This document shows, piece after piece, positions 37,910 through 51,840 of a stretch of DNA of 64,000 bases. The position numbers and the translations under genes were made by a program. The notes below the pieces were generated by a model. That model worked only from the letters and a program-made list of their open reading frames with translations, ran no database searches and was not told where the DNA came from. How positions within the stretch are numbered: position 1 is the first letter of the stretch; every line of letters begins with the position of its first letter. Origin of the DNA: Leucoraja ocellata (taxonomy: Eukaryota); NCBI GenBank assembly GCA_036785375.1, contig JAWMAR010000131.1, positions 310,001 to 374,000 on the forward strand, read 5' to 3'.

Positions 37910-38560
37910 CAAGTCAAATCAAGTCAAATTTATTGTCGTATGCCTAACTACGATGAGGTACAGGTAAAAAGAAAATCCTTCTTGAAGCAGTAAGACAACG
38001 AACAACACACCAAAACCAAATCACACACTAATTCTACCGTGAAAAGAAAACGACTACATAAACAAGATATTACGCAAAATACAATTAGAACACAATTCCA
38101 TGGTAGTGCAAGTGGTGGTCCTTGGTGTTACATTGCTGAGATAGTACTATGGTTCTACAGGTTGATTCAAGAACCTGATGATTGTAGGAAAGTAATTGTA
38201 CCTGTTCCTGGTGGTGTGGCATCATCAGAATTGCCCAATGACATCAGCGAGAAGAGTCCATAGCCTAGATTTGGGGTGAGTGCGGTATCCTTGAAGATAG
38301 ATGCTGCCATATTGAAGTGTGTAGATACTTTGGATGGTGGGGAGAGCTGTGCCTATTGAGGAATAGGCTTCGCTCACCACTCTGCAGCCTCTGGTGTTGC
38401 TGCACATTGGATTTGCTGTACCAGGCCTCAACCACCAGTGTACTTTCTACAATGCATCTGCAGAAGTTTGTTTCAGTATTCGGTGACATCCGACATCACT
38501 TTACACCTCAAAGAAAGCAGAGGCACTGGCGTGCCCTTTTCATGATTACGTTCATGTCCT
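37910..38560 (-). mobile_element. Rex1/Babar LINE 3' fragment
   Basis: Antisense tail caagtcaaatcaagtcaaatttattgtc; minus ORF MSPNTETNFCRCIVEST. Confidence 0.7.
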
Positions 38561-38786
38561 GACTTCCCAGAGAAAACTGGAAAGGGGAGAAAAACAGAGG
38601 AGGGGGTGGGAGGAGTGGGTGGGTGGGAGGAGGGGGTTGGAGGGGGATTAGAATGGAGATTGCAGGTGATCAAGGTTAGATTGGCAGTAAAGTGAGGGAG
38701 CAAATTAAGAACATTCAGTTTAAGGGTGCATCAGGGAGGCGCAGTCTGTTTATAGGGACGTTACTAAGGTAACTTGGAGAACTACA

Positions 38787-39060
38787 TTTAGTTTAGTTTG
38801 GAGATACAGCAGGGAAAGATGCCCTTCCACCCACCGATTGACCCCATATACAAACACTTTCCTACACACTAGGGACAATTCACAATTTTACCGAAGCCAA
38901 TTAACCTACAAACCTGTACATCCTTGGAGGGTGGGAGGAAACCGGAGCACCTGGAGAAAACCCACATGGTCACAGGGAGCACTCCTTACAGACAGCACCC
39001 ATAGTCAGGATTCAAACTTGGTCTCTGACGTTGTGAGGCAGCAACTCTGCCACTGTGCCA
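38787..39060 (-). mobile_element. HE1-like V-SINE
   Basis: tttagtttagttt tail and gtgggaggaaaccggagcacctggagaaaacccac V-domain. Confidence 0.88.
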
Positions 39061-42000
39061 TCCTCAAACTGTGGCTACATCTGTCCCATAAGAAGTGCTA
39101 GAGAAGCATTTAATTTAATTTGTCCGTCCAGCAGACTTTGCCTCTCTTTAGTTTCCAAAGCCCTGGCAAGCCAACCAAATTTGGAAGAGCGATAAAAAGA
39201 CAATGAATAGCCCTTGTCCTATCGAGGGGCTCGTTAGTTCATCAATCTGCTTGCCCCAAACTTCATCTTTGTATCGTCAATAGTAGCAGCAGGTTTAAAG
39301 TGGTGCGGACTGGAGTTTGGAATGATCAATCCATCGGTGAAACTCCCATTTTTGGAGGTTGGAATGACACCCCCATTTGTTCTCATTTAAATCTGCCTTG
39401 CTAGTTCCAATGATTCAGATGCATGTCAAATTTGCATGACACCCTTTGAAGAATGATATAATTTCCTTGTGCACTGGTCAGCACTCTCCCTTTGGCCAAC
39501 ATCGCCAAAAGATTGATTAACTAGATGCTCATTTAATTACTTTATCATCGTACATACCAACAGTCACTGCATTAGGGTAATTCATTATGTATAAATCATT
39601 TTGAACAGAAAGAGAAGGCACTAGATGGCTGACAGTTCACTTGTCTGAATACTTTTTTTTTTGCAGATTTAACAAATTAACTCCAATGTCTGTCCTGAAT
39701 GTTATATTCAAAATTTCTTTTTTGTTTTTGCTTTTATTGTACGTGATGTTCTCGGTGTAACGCCGATGTAAAAAGGATGTAGCTCCTGCCGGTAAGAATC
39801 ACCATTGTTCTCCCGTTCTTCACTGGCGTTATCAGCAGTTGCCGAAGTGAAAGAGATAAATTGTGATGCTCACCTTCTTGGTCAAGCTGATTTGTGCCAA
39901 CTCCCAAGACTGAAGGCACAATCAATTGTAAAGCTTGGCTTGAGTCATACATCAGTTCACAACTGTCCAATTCCATGACGTGGTGACAGACTAGTTCTTC
40001 CCAGAAACCAATACAGATAATATAGGCTTTGAGATAACTAAATCAAAGAGGTTGGTAGTTTCAAATACTTGCCATGAGGTATCTGGGTTTCGATGGTGGA
40101 TTTACTGCGTTTCCGAAGCTAGTTTTTGAAACATGACCTTTTTTTCACCTAACCTCACTTCTCATCATCCACTGCTGTCCCACTGCATCGAACGGTAGAC
40201 GTGGTTGAACACACAGCCTCTGAAAACAACGCCGTGCTTTGCTGGCATTCATACTGTGCACACATTCATCAGAAATCCACCTCTCCATCACTTCAGTGGG
40301 GTGCCAACCGCATGAAATAAAAAATAGTGAAGAATTTCAGTCAAGTGTAAAGGATATCTGTACGCTCACATCCCACGTGGAACATCAATACCTACATTTT
40401 TTTTCTTCACATTAGAAATGTACTAAAAATGTAAGCATTTATCGTGTTCTCCTGATCTTTACATTATGAAGCTACAGTGGTTTTGAGAATGCTTCGCAAG
40501 CCAGCTCTTTCTTTTAAGAGACTGAGTAGTGTTTTTTGCTGGATAAAAGACACTTTCATTCTAATACACTCCAATACATTACTTATAATGGGCATTTCTG
40601 AGGATTAAGAGCTGCAATGTTTCTGTTTTGTTGGCACTAAGACATGGTCATGCACAGTATTTCCTATAAATTATTAGCACCACGACTACATTTGTTTAAA
40701 AAAATTGAATTCTTTTACTGTCTCCTGTTTTCAAAATTTGTTATAAATATGTTTCATAGAATTTACCATTTATTTTGTTCCCCTGCATCCATAATTTAAG
40801 TGCCTCTGCCTACTATATAAATTTAAAGGGTGGATTTTCCAATAGATTTTACATCTCTCACCTGCCAATATTTCTGTTTGTCTTTTATTCATTTTCCAGG
40901 ATGCCAACTGTCCTTCCTCTTATCTGTATTTTTCTCATTCATTGGTTATGGTTCAGTATTGTAAATTGTTATCTTTCTTTGGTCTTTTCCTTTTGTGCAA
41001 TTTTTACTCATTCTCTCATCATTCATCTTGATAAGCCTCCAACTGTAAACTCTTAACATGGGATTTACACAATTGCATGAATGAAAAGTCAGAGTATAAA
41101 TGGTTCCACTCCTTCCACTGCACAGAATGCAGCTGGCCTCACTTCACATGACAGCATCTTATATCAAATGATAAAAACGTAATCTCCAAATGAAAATAAT
41201 GCAGCTCATTATGTGGCAAAACATCATTTAGTACTAAGACAAAAGCAAGCTATTCAACGGAAACCTAGAGAACAGCAGCATACCCTTCGCACTTCAAGAG
41301 TTAATTGATCACAGCCATTCTGGAGAGGCTAACGTGTCAGTTTAACCTTCTGCCTAGTACGGTGAATGCTTTTTAAGTGGTGGGAACAGCAGCTTTTTGT
41401 ACAGAACATGAAGTGCTGAGAAATGTTTCTTGTAATGCATTATTAAGGATGTGTTAAGGTTGTTTGAGCGGAGACACTGTGGAACAAAGTAATGCGGTTG
41501 TAAAAATGATAAACAAGAATTCAGGCTGTATTATTTTGCCCATAGCAAACTGAATGCGGCTCAGGGCAGTGTGGTAATTGGATAAAATGCTTCAGCTAAA
41601 ATCTGCAGAGTTCATTTTCATTCCACTGCATTTGAGACAGGCATGCCACAATATTTTGTTAGTTCAGTACAGAAAATGGTTTGGCAGGAAATATTCAATG
41701 AGCAACTTGGACTGCTCAGCTTATGCACTGGTAAGTTAAGTATAGGAGGCCTGTGACAATGACATTGTGCAATGATATTTGGTATCAACAGGATTTGAGA
41801 TACAGTAAGCTACCACACGGTATGCTCAATTTAATAAAGAAAAAAATCATTCATCTGTTTGGCTGCTTCCTCTAAAGGGAGCATTTTCTCAATGCATTCA
41901 CCATGTGTTGTGCAATGATTGCATACATGGAATACTTCATGCACCATGTTCCCCCCAGACAGTTATTGAGGATTGAGGTTCTTGTCCATCTCTGAAATCC

Positions 42001-42754
42001 AACAACACAACCTATAAATTCGGACCTTTGATGGGGCACTCTTCTGATCGTTGAAGAGGGAATCATGATCTCTCAAAAATGAATGTGTTGTGCAATTGTG
42101 AGTAATGACCACTCACAGCGCCTTCTTTCAGTTCTTTTTAAGGAAGCATATGTTAAAAGCAGCATGTCCACTGTGAAACGGATTTGATGTTGGAGCAACT
42201 TCATTAAACCGCATCTTCAGTGATCTTCCCACTGTGACCATAGAACGCTAGTTCAACTCTCTCACACTGCCAATCTTTGTATCTCCTCCAAAGTGGTCAC
42301 CCTGATCGTTATCATCAGTGCTGTTAACCTAACATCACAAAATTAAGTCAATAGGAAAAATAAACAAACAATAAAACAGATTGCATTCATCACTTCTTTC
42401 CAGGTAGGATATGGAGGCAAGCCTTCAATTAAACAACTTCAAATGAATCCTGTTAAGATGTAACTGACACTTATTATGAACACAATCCAGTTACAATTAA
42501 GTCGTGTCAGTAATTCTTGCTGATTTCTCTCACATATCTTTGTGAAGATTTGAAAAATATGTTTAGATATTCAATACATATTTTAAATTCTTAAGTGGAG
42601 TTGGGATATCTCCTCAAATGTATACATCTGTCTATTTTTTTTAAAATAATTTGGAAGCTGCTCTGAAATATAATGTCAAATAATTAATTTATATATAAGT
42701 ATGTATAAATGAAACATGCATTACCATTAATTACTTTCATGACTGATCCCTATC

Positions 42755-44440
42755 CCTTTGCCATTTTCCAGCACTGTCTTCACATCCCTTGGTTCCTTTA
42801 ATGCCCAGAAATCTATAAATATACATTTTGAACGAATGCAACAAATAAGTGTCTACAGCCCACCAGGGCAGAGAATTCTAAAAGTTTGCCAAGGCTCTCC
42901 GCCAAATAATTTCTCCTCATCTCAGTCCTTAACAGCCTACCCTGTATTCTCAAACTGTCTCCTGGTCCCAGCCACCTTAAGCAAGCAAAAATATCCTGTC
43001 TTCTAGGCCTTGATAAACGTTGTTTATTAAGTTCTCCCATTCTTCTAAACTCTAGTGAATACAGTGAATCCAACAACCCTGGAACCTGACGCATCTTTGC
43101 TGCATGACTTTTATGACAAGCATATTTTTTATTTGGTAAGAAGACCAAAACCATACACAATACTCCAGTTGCAATCACAATGGTGGCACAGGGGCAACAT
43201 AGCTGTGCAGCGGTAGAGTTGCTGGGTTTGACCCTGACTATGGGTGCTGTCTGTACGGAGTTTGCACGTTCTCCCCATGACGTGGGTGGGTTTTCTCCGG
43301 GTGCTCCGGTTTCCTTGCACATTCCAAAGACGTACAGGTTTGTAGGTTAATTGGCTAGATACAATTGTAAATTGACCCTGGTGTGTAGGATAGTGTTAGT
43401 GTGCAGGGATCACTGGTCGGCATGGACTCGGTGGGTCGAAGGGCCTGTTTCCACCCTGTTTCTCTAAGCTAAACTAAACTAGACTAGACTAGATCCTGTG
43501 CAACTACAATAATATTTCCATCTTCCTTTATTTAAATCCTTTTGTAATTAAGGCTGATATACCATTTTCTCAATTAACCGATTGCTGTTTCTGCACATTG
43601 GTCTCCAGCAAGGTGCAAGCACACCAAAGTCCCTTTGAACATCACCATTATCCAATTCATGCATTCCATTATTCTGTTTTATGCAATAAGGAAATAATAT
43701 CAGATTTCTCCTCACATATTCCATCTGCCAGGTTCTTAACCACCTATTCAGTTTGTCCATATATTTACATCCGCCTCCATACTCACGGTTCCACCTCGTT
43801 TAGTATCATTATCAGATTGTGAAAGACTGGGATTCAGGTACTAGTTCCAGTGTTACCTCATTAGGTTGAGCTGCCATTTATTCTCAGTCTTTGCTCTGCA
43901 TCTGATAACCAATTATCAATGTCTGTCAGCATTTATCCCCAGTTCCATGTGCGCCTTGATGACCAACCTCCCGTGCCGGTCTTTATCAAATACCTTTTGA
44001 AAATCCAAGTGCACCACATGTATTGGCCCTACCCCTTATCTATTCTGCTTCATACCTCCTCACAGAACATGATTTTATTTTCACTACCCGTTGTTGACTG
44101 CACAATCTTGTTATTTATCAAGGTCTTCATTATAGATTACAGCATTTCCGTTGGGTAACAGGCCAGTAGTTTCATGTGTTTTCTCCCTCTTTCACTGAAA
44201 AGTTGGATCACCTTAGTCCTAATCCACAGGAACAATTTCAGAATCCATAGACATTTCAAAGAGGATACTATCTCAATAAACTCTGGAACTAAGATTTTAG
44301 GCATTTATCCACTTTAAAACTGCCCAACTTTTTGATTGATACTAATTCCTTCATTTCTTCTTCAGGCTATTCCCCTGGTTCTCTCAGAAGTTCTGTGTGT
44401 TCTTCTCCAAAAGCAGACGTATAGTCATTATTTAATATTT
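42755..44440 (-). mobile_element. Old degenerate CR1 LINE, interrupted by an HE1 SINE
   Basis: Minus-strand remnants LYSLEFRRM, RTEMRRNY, RWLRTWQMEY and DVQRDFGVL; aataccttttgaaaatccaagt (the DFQKxFD motif). Confidence 0.65.
43191..43492 (+). mobile_element. HE1-like V-SINE
   Basis: gcagcggtagagttgct head, ggagtttgcacgttctcccc...ccgggtgctccggtttcc V-domain, (ctaaa/ctaga)n tail. Confidence 0.9.
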
Positions 44441-44544
44441 CTACCATTTTATGAGTAAGAGAAGTTTCATTGCTGTAATTTTCAATGATTCTTCACCAAC
44501 ACCAGAGGTGACATCAAGGTATGAAGAGGTGACATTCCCATTTA

Positions 44545-44672
44545 TATTATGGTATATGGACACACTTATCTGTTTTGTAGTAAATGCCTACTATGTTCTG
44601 TGTGCTGAAGCAAAGCAAGAATTTCATTGTCCTATACAGGGACATATGACAATAAACTCACTTGAACTTGAA
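44545..44672 (+). mobile_element. Rex1/Babar-type 3' tail
   Basis: aagaatttcattgtcc...catatgacaataaactcacttgaacttgaa. Confidence 0.6.
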
Positions 44673-44704
44673 GGTGTGAAAGGTGGTTTCTTCTTGTATT
44701 TCTA

Positions 44705-44945
44705 AACACCTGGGGGACAACCTTTTCACACAGAGGGTGGTGGGTATATGGAACGTGATGCCAGAGCAGGTGGTTGAGGCAGGTACAATAACAACATTTA
44801 AAAGACGCTTGGACAGGTACATGGACAATAAAGGTTTAGATGGATATGGACCAAACATGGGCAGGTGGAACTAGTGTAGATGGGGTATCTTGGTTGGTAT
44901 GGACAAGTTGCGATGAAGGGTCTGTTCCCATACTGTATGACAGTG
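44705..44945 (+). mobile_element. CR1 3' end
   Basis: Translation LFTQRVVGIWNVMPEQVVEAGTITTFKRRLDRYMDNKGLDGYG. Confidence 0.88.
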
Positions 44946-47194
44946 TCCTCTACCTGTAGACTGAAGCAACTAAATTCCCTATAGAGGATGCGCTCCATGC
45001 AAAACTGGGAGCCAAACTAGCTGAAATACATCTGATATTTTAAGAGCACCTCTGCTTGATGGCTCATCCATTTGTTTGATGCATGATTTATGTATTTTGC
45101 ATTGCTTTTTTGTTTGAGGTCATTTGGAGGATGTTCCGAGAATATGATATTGGGACATTGTCCAAGCGTTTTCATCTTGGTTTTCCAGACAAGGGAGTTA
45201 GCATTCTTGTAAGAGGCCCAATGATGCCATTGGATATGGGACCCCCCTGCTGCACATGTTTAGCCAAATGCTCAGTGGAGGAATAGATTGTTTGCAAAAC
45301 CACCACTGGGAAAAATCCCTGTCAGGGCCTTTAAGACCTTAACTGATAGAATGAGCTGGGGTGTATATCCAAAATAAGGGGCAAAGAGTATCACAAGTTT
45401 AAGCCATGCACTTGTAAAGTATCTCTGTCTCTGAGGGAATTTCCAGATCAATCATCATTTCTAAGAGATTCCCGATTTACCTGGCTCTAACTGACCTGGA
45501 GTAAATAAAGAATTTACTGCATAGAATTTTAGAAAAAAAATTACTCTGCTCATTTGTTATTATAATTATCTGTAGTTTTAAGTACTTTGGTGATTTAGAA
45601 TTGCTACCTATGGTAGAGACAGGTGTAAATGGTGACCTATGATCAGGAGATTAAATTGCATGAGATAATTCATTTCATATTCACTCTATTGCTGCAGTCT
45701 GGGCAAAAACCTCTCTCTGTGCCATTGATTAACTACACTCAGGAAATCTGTTCCTACTCATATTGATAAATGTGAGGAGGAAAACTGTTCCATTGAGATT
45801 GCACTTGGTTCTAATTGGGATGACCTGAAGTGAATGTGATTCTTCGCACTTTTCCATTCGCATCTGTCCTCTTTCAGTTCATACACCAGACGTCAGCACA
45901 AAATCAGTGGCATTGTTTCAATGTGTCTCCACAGTGACAGCAGTGACTTTGTGTGATAAAACTACATCAAAACCCCTGGGTATTGCTTCCAAATTTATAT
46001 TCTTTTAAAAAAAATGAAGCCGAACACATTAATCCTATTTGCCCAACGATGTCAATTTATGTCCAATCTATTGTTGGTATCTAAGTTTAGCATTTCCACA
46101 TGCGAGTGCTCAAATATTTTGATGCAAAATTGTGCAGAAATAATAACAGGATGCTGGAACCAGGCACGCACCTAGGTGGTAAGTGAATATACCCTGCACT
46201 GCTGTGTACAGTAGCAAGAACTAAATTCATAATGCAGAAATGCATTGTAAAGGGATAATTTTAAAGTTACCTTAATGCTAGTTGCTGCACTGCTAAATAT
46301 ATTGTTTGATAAACATTAACTCAGATTCAAGTGGCTAAAATATTCACCACATCTGGATTGAATTGACATTGTCCTTCCGGAAAGGATAGAGAAATGTCAT
46401 TGTATAGAAGCAGTAGGGGTGAATGCATTTTATTGCCTCAAACTGAGGAAACGGGTATCTATACTGCATTTAATCTTTGATTTCTTGATGCCAGTGCATT
46501 TGGAAATAAAATGTCTGCAAAGCATATCATTCCCCAGGTCTATCATGTAGTACTCGGCGAGCATAGATCATGTCCACAAATTAAACTTTAAGCAAATGCA
46601 GGAATTTAGTAGTAGCACATTAGCCAATAAACATTAAAAATATTTTTGAATATAGAATCTAAACAGATAACTAGGTAACTAGATAGCTCAGAGATTACAT
46701 CCAATGGATGTTACATCAACATAAAATGTTTCCTTGAGAAGGTTATCGTGTCCTCTGAAATGGTGAGGGGATGAATTTTCCTTCTGATCCCAATAAAAAG
46801 TGTAATCTAAAGGCCACAATTTATTTCAAATACTACTCTTTTATTAAGAAGCTCATTGTGGGAAAAAGAAACAGATAGCCAGACACTAATTTCAAAGCTG
46901 AAGAATGGAAAAGCTGGATGTCTTGCCAAACTATTGCTAAATGTAAATTATCCTTCCCCCAGCCAGGGGACCCTCTGCAGACAGAGGATAAAACCCATGA
47001 TGTTAGTGGGCTCATATGTATGACTTACTAAGGCTACGTCAGGTAGTCAAGGCGTTTCCTTTGATTTACCTGACTTCAGAGGTGCAGCATCCTAATTTAA
47101 ATTGCATTGCAGTGTTATTGAAGCATCCGGTGCACTGGTTAAATAGAGTCATTGAGTCAAACAACACAGAAACTTCTTTTCAGCATAATGACAT

Positions 47195-47590
47195 CATTCT
47201 TAAAGTACGGAGAGCAAAACTGAACATGATACTCAAAATGCGGCCCCACCAACGTCTTGTACAGTTGTAACTTAACGTTCCAAGTTATATACATTACCCT
47301 TCATGATGAAAGCCAATGTACCAAAAGTCTTCTTTATCACTCTATCTATCCAGGGCACCACTTTCAGGAAACTATGTACCTTTATTCCCAGGCATTCCCC
47401 ACGTCACCCCCCCACCCCACCCCTCTCCCTTCCCCTTCAATTCCACAATACACCGCAAGGTCCTACCATTGTTCCTGGCCAGGCTTGACTTCCCAAAATG
47501 CAACCCCTTGCACTTATCTGCATTAAACTCTGTTAGCCATTCCTCAGCCCACTTGCCCAGGCCAGCTGATCAAGGTCCTGCTGTAATATA
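47195..47590 (-). mobile_element. Degenerate CR1 RT fragment
   Basis: caaaactgaacatgatactcaaaatgcggccccaccaacgtcttgtacagt is antisense to the LYKTLVRPHLEYCVQF motif. Confidence 0.7.
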
Positions 47591-47930
47591 TGGCGGATGA
47601 AAAGATGTAGACTGAGATGAATATTCCTTGAAATGTTTCAGAGCTTCTGGAGGTGTATTGGTACATTTAGTTCTACAACAATACCTTGGAATTCCCAAGT
47701 TGTGCTCCTTCTTTCTGTCCCAAGGATTTGCAGGCATCCCACCTCCTCCAACCCACATAGAGTATCTATAAATTGTACTTCCCTTCCTGGGCACTATTTT
47801 ATTAGTAGCTAATTGCAATCGTAATACGCCATCAATATTGGCATCTGTCCACCATTATGGACACTCCTTTGCTTTGGGTGGGACAACAGTTAACTCCATG
47901 GAACTGAAACATAAGGAGCTCATACCACTG

Positions 47931-48218
47931 GGGGGGCATGATGGCACAGCGGTAGAGTTTGATCCTGGGTTTGATCCTGGCTACGGGTGCTGTCTCTATG
48001 AAATGCGTGCATTTTCCCTGTGACCACGTGGGTTCTCGCTAAGTGCTCTGGCTTCCTCCCACACTCTAAAGTACAGGTTTGTAGGTTAATTGGCTTCTGT
48101 AAATTGTAAATTGTCCCTAGTGTGTACGATAGTGCTTGTGCATGGGGACTGCTGGTCGGTGTGGACACGGTGGGCCAAAGGGCCTGTTTCCGTGCTGTAT
48201 CTCTAAACTAAACTAAAC
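47931..48218 (+). mobile_element. HE1-like V-SINE
   Basis: ggcacagcggtagagtt head; gggcctgtttccgtgctgtatctctaaactaaactaaac tail. Confidence 0.9.
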
Positions 48219-49534
48219 ACCGAATTCCATCTTGCTAAAATTGTCTTTGCAAGCATATTTAAAAAACCTGTAAATCATACAAGGAATGAGAGATACAGGG
48301 GAATTATGAGTTATGTAGTTACATAAAAGTGAATGAAACATATTTATTGAGCACCATATACTTACACATTTTTAATATTTTTCTGACAAATTATACAAGA
48401 GTCTTAAATGTAAATCTTATTGTCAGGAATCCTTGAAGGATATTTTTACAGTAAAATATATACACCCACTGTGCTCTTCAATTGTTGTGTCACTAAGACA
48501 ACCAATACAATTATGTCCTCACGAATATAATACAGGCTGCTTGAACATAATACCCTTTCCTCAATTCAGAAGAGGCTGAGTATAATTGTTCTGATTCAGA
48601 ACATGAGAGAAAAAAGATTACAATCACTCCTTCTAGGTTCCCTCAGCAGTCTAATTGTGCAAAACATGTGGTGTTTTACTCACAATTCCTTACTACTTTC
48701 AGAAATTGTACATTAAAATCGGAGCTGTCGTAATTTTATTTGTTGGAGGACCATATACTCACACCATGGCGCCCAGACATCACTTTGTATTGCACTCTAT
48801 GCAAATTGAGTGTTTTGTGTGCCAGCAGCATGGATCCAATGGGTTACATTGTTTACTTTGTGTCTAATAGAGATGCATCTTTATACAGCCAATCAACCTT
48901 GCATAAAATCTCCGCTTAGCCTCGGTGTTGGGTTTTCGTGGAATTTGCGTCAGTGTTTTTGGTCTTGCATGATTGATGAAGCAGGTACTCCCTGTAGCTG
49001 ACCCAATGCTGAGAGTGTGAGGTACCAGGACACAGACAAACTCAGTAACACTGGGGGAGCCACTTCCAGCTGAGGAGGAAGACAGCCCAGATGTATATAA
49101 AAGAAAGCCTAGTGCTCTGCCCAGGCTATCTTTCACCAGTTAGTATGACCCATGTACTTAAACATCTCAACTTGCTACCAAGAGGGATCAGACACTTTGA
49201 TTTATCCCTTGTCTCCTGTTTGAATTAAAGATGAATGTTAATAGCTAAGAGTAGAAAAAATGGATATATTAATTTTTTTAGAATAGGTGAATAAATAAAC
49301 GTATTGCGTCTTACAGAGTTGCCAATTAATCAGTTTTTATAATTCAATGCAAACATTCGAAATCCCTTTCAGTTATTTTTTTTTAATGAATTGCCTATAG
49401 ATGTTTTAACCATTGAAAGATAGCCCAACAGGGATTTGTGTAGAGTAACTAATACACAATAAGTTTACTTCCATCTTGACAATGATCATAATGTAAGAAC
49501 TATTTTGAAGAAGACCCAGCAGTCTTCTTATTTG

Positions 49535-49655
49535 CAGAAACAAAGAACTGCAGATGCTGGTTTTACAAAAAAAAGACACAGAGTGCTGGATTAACTCAGT
49601 AGGTCAGGCAACATCTCTGGATGACATGGAGGGGTGACGTTTCGGGTCGGGATTC
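49535..49655 (-). mobile_element. Penelope-terminus single arm
   Basis: gaactgcagatgctgg...ggtgacgtttcgggtcggga. Confidence 0.8.
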
Positions 49656-49952
49656 TCATTTCACAATTGTTACAATCATCTGTACATAAGAACATATTAA
49701 TTCTACTTGTGGTACAGGAGAGCTGCATTAGATTGGAAGTTCAAAAACATGGGATCCCAAATCAAGTGACTATGGAGGCAAGGGGAAGGGATTTTTTGTT
49801 GCGCACCTTATGCAAGGAACGTTACTTTAAAATATACTTTTAAAATATACTCTAAGATATACTTTAAAATGTAATTTCTTGCAAGCCAGGAGTTTTAGAA
49901 GAGGAACTGCCTCTTATGATAGTAACCCTTGGTGCAACTCCAAAACCAAGAA

Positions 49953-51009
49953 TCTATATAATTAAAAGTTTCATCTTGACCACTTCCTGACTGCGCTGTA
50001 TATTGATTTCAGAAAAGACCCTACAATTTCTTGTTATGTTTTTTGGCCACCTTACTAACAGTCCTCCTCGGCTGAGCAGGCCCATTGATGACAAATAAAA
50101 AAGTTATTTGTATTTTAAAAACCTTGCGATCCTCTCGCCTGTCAATCACTGCGATGAAGATAACGCCCCTTCTGGGGGTGGGGGGGGGGGGTGGGGGGGG
50201 GCAGGACTATAAAACCCCAGATGTCACTCTGCAAGATCGCGAGGGAGAGGCCACGACTCTCATTCTAAGTTGTGAATCAACTGAACTGTGAGTTTGCAAT
50301 GTACTTGCAATAAATGATTTGTTAGCCCTTAATGACAATGCCATGAGTTGTTTGGCCTGCTGCCCTGCCTGTGCTCGAAACTGCAATGCTTTATTAGGTC
50401 TGACTGTGTTTGGAAGGAATCAATGCTTTATTAGGTCCGACTGTGTTTGGTTCAAAAGTCCCGTTCATTTCGTGACTTCCGCTTAGTGGACAGGACGTGC
50501 TGATTGCGTAATTTCCCGTGAGTGCAGAGGTCAAGCTGATTGCGTAATTTTCAGTAAATGCAGAGGTCACGCTGATTGCGGGAGTGCCACTGACTGCGGA
50601 AACCCCAAAATAGAGAGGCCGCGCTCAGCCGTGTGAGTATTCAAGAAAGTTTACTGCCATATATATGGTGTGTGAGTCAGTGAGTGTGTGTGTGTGAGTG
50701 TCTGTTTGTGTGTGCAAGTGTATGTGTTTGTGAGTGTATGTGTGTGTGTGTGTATATGGGTGTGAGTTTGAGTGTGAGTGTGTGTGCGTGTGAGTGGTCT
50801 CAGTGACTGAGCTGCCAGCCCAAGAATCCATTTGGCCCACAATGTCCATAATAGCCCTCTGGAAACCAGTCCCTTTGGCCCACAACACCATGCTAGCGCT
50901 CCAGAACCCCCCCCCCCACTCCCACTCACTTGCCAGCAATATTGGAATTGGAGGAGAGGTGGAATATTGCGTTGGGGGACCAGCCCTCCCGTGTGAAGTC
51001 TTAGTCTAG
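49953..51009 (+). mobile_element. Non-autonomous Helitron
   Basis: A|TCTATATAATTAAAAG at the 5' end and ttagtCTAG|T at the 3' end, with no TSD; contains internal mini- and microsatellites. The 3' hairpin is not evident. Confidence 0.7.
50668..50795. repeat. Degenerate (GT)n microsatellite inside the Helitron
   Basis: gtgtgtgagtcagtgagtgtgtgtgtgtgag and similar runs. Confidence 0.9.
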
Positions 51010-51840
51010 TAACGGATTATAAGCAGGATTGAGCATTCCAGGTCTCTGGACAATTGGACATCTTAGAGACACTTCTCTAGTGACACCTAGAGTAAGCATA
51101 AGAATAGTCAAGCCAAATCTACTCTGCCTTCCAAAAAAATAAATTAAGCTTACCTCTAATATTTAGAACTCTGGTCCAAAAGTTAAAATTGCAGTTTAGA
51201 TATGGACTACAATGTAATGTGGAGCAAGCTTCCATTCTTCCATTTTTGCATTGATGTTTTATGCAGTTTCTTAATCACTTTTGTACACTTCAATCAGATA
51301 TGTTTTGTGCAGCTATCATCATCACTGGCTTGAGCCCATTTACCAGCTTCAGTACCAGTGTACATCACATACATGGAGGAGAGTGATATAATTTCACCTT
51401 AAACATTGAAGCATTTCATTGATTTTCAGCTTCAGATCAATGAGGATGAATATAACAATGTATCCACTATCTAGTAGAATTTCTAAGCTATTAAGTGTAA
51501 GAATTAAAATGTCTGCAGATACTGCTGAAACCATCAAAGATGTTATTATATTTCCATGATGTTCTCAGCCATTGACTACTGAATATATGCTGTAAGTGAA
51601 AGATCTCTCCTGACTTGCTAATTGACTTGAGCCCAGTTGATTAAACAGATGGGTATATCTGTTGCTGAAGTTTAATGTGCTAAATGACAGAAATAATCAG
51701 ATTTTGTAAAAACCAAGTTAACACACTAGGCAGTTCCACTTTTCAACAGATTTTGAACTGATGTAGGTTTAGTCGATTTTTAAGCAGAGAAATGGTACTG
51801 CTACTTCCGTAAGTAGAGAAATACACCAGAACAGCTTCAG

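Noticed and set aside
48880-49145. Promoter (CCAAT plus TATA) or coding exon (EPLPAEEEDSPDVYKRKPS)
   Set aside because: An in-frame stop lies directly upstream, there is no good splice acceptor, and the motifs are common by chance.
50384-50580. 30-36 bp repeats as a CRISPR array
   Set aside because: Only 2-3 units, no unique spacers of proper length, no cas genes, and they sit inside a Helitron in a eukaryotic context.
50625-50939. His/Thr-rich ORFs
   Set aside because: They are translations of the (CA)n microsatellite.
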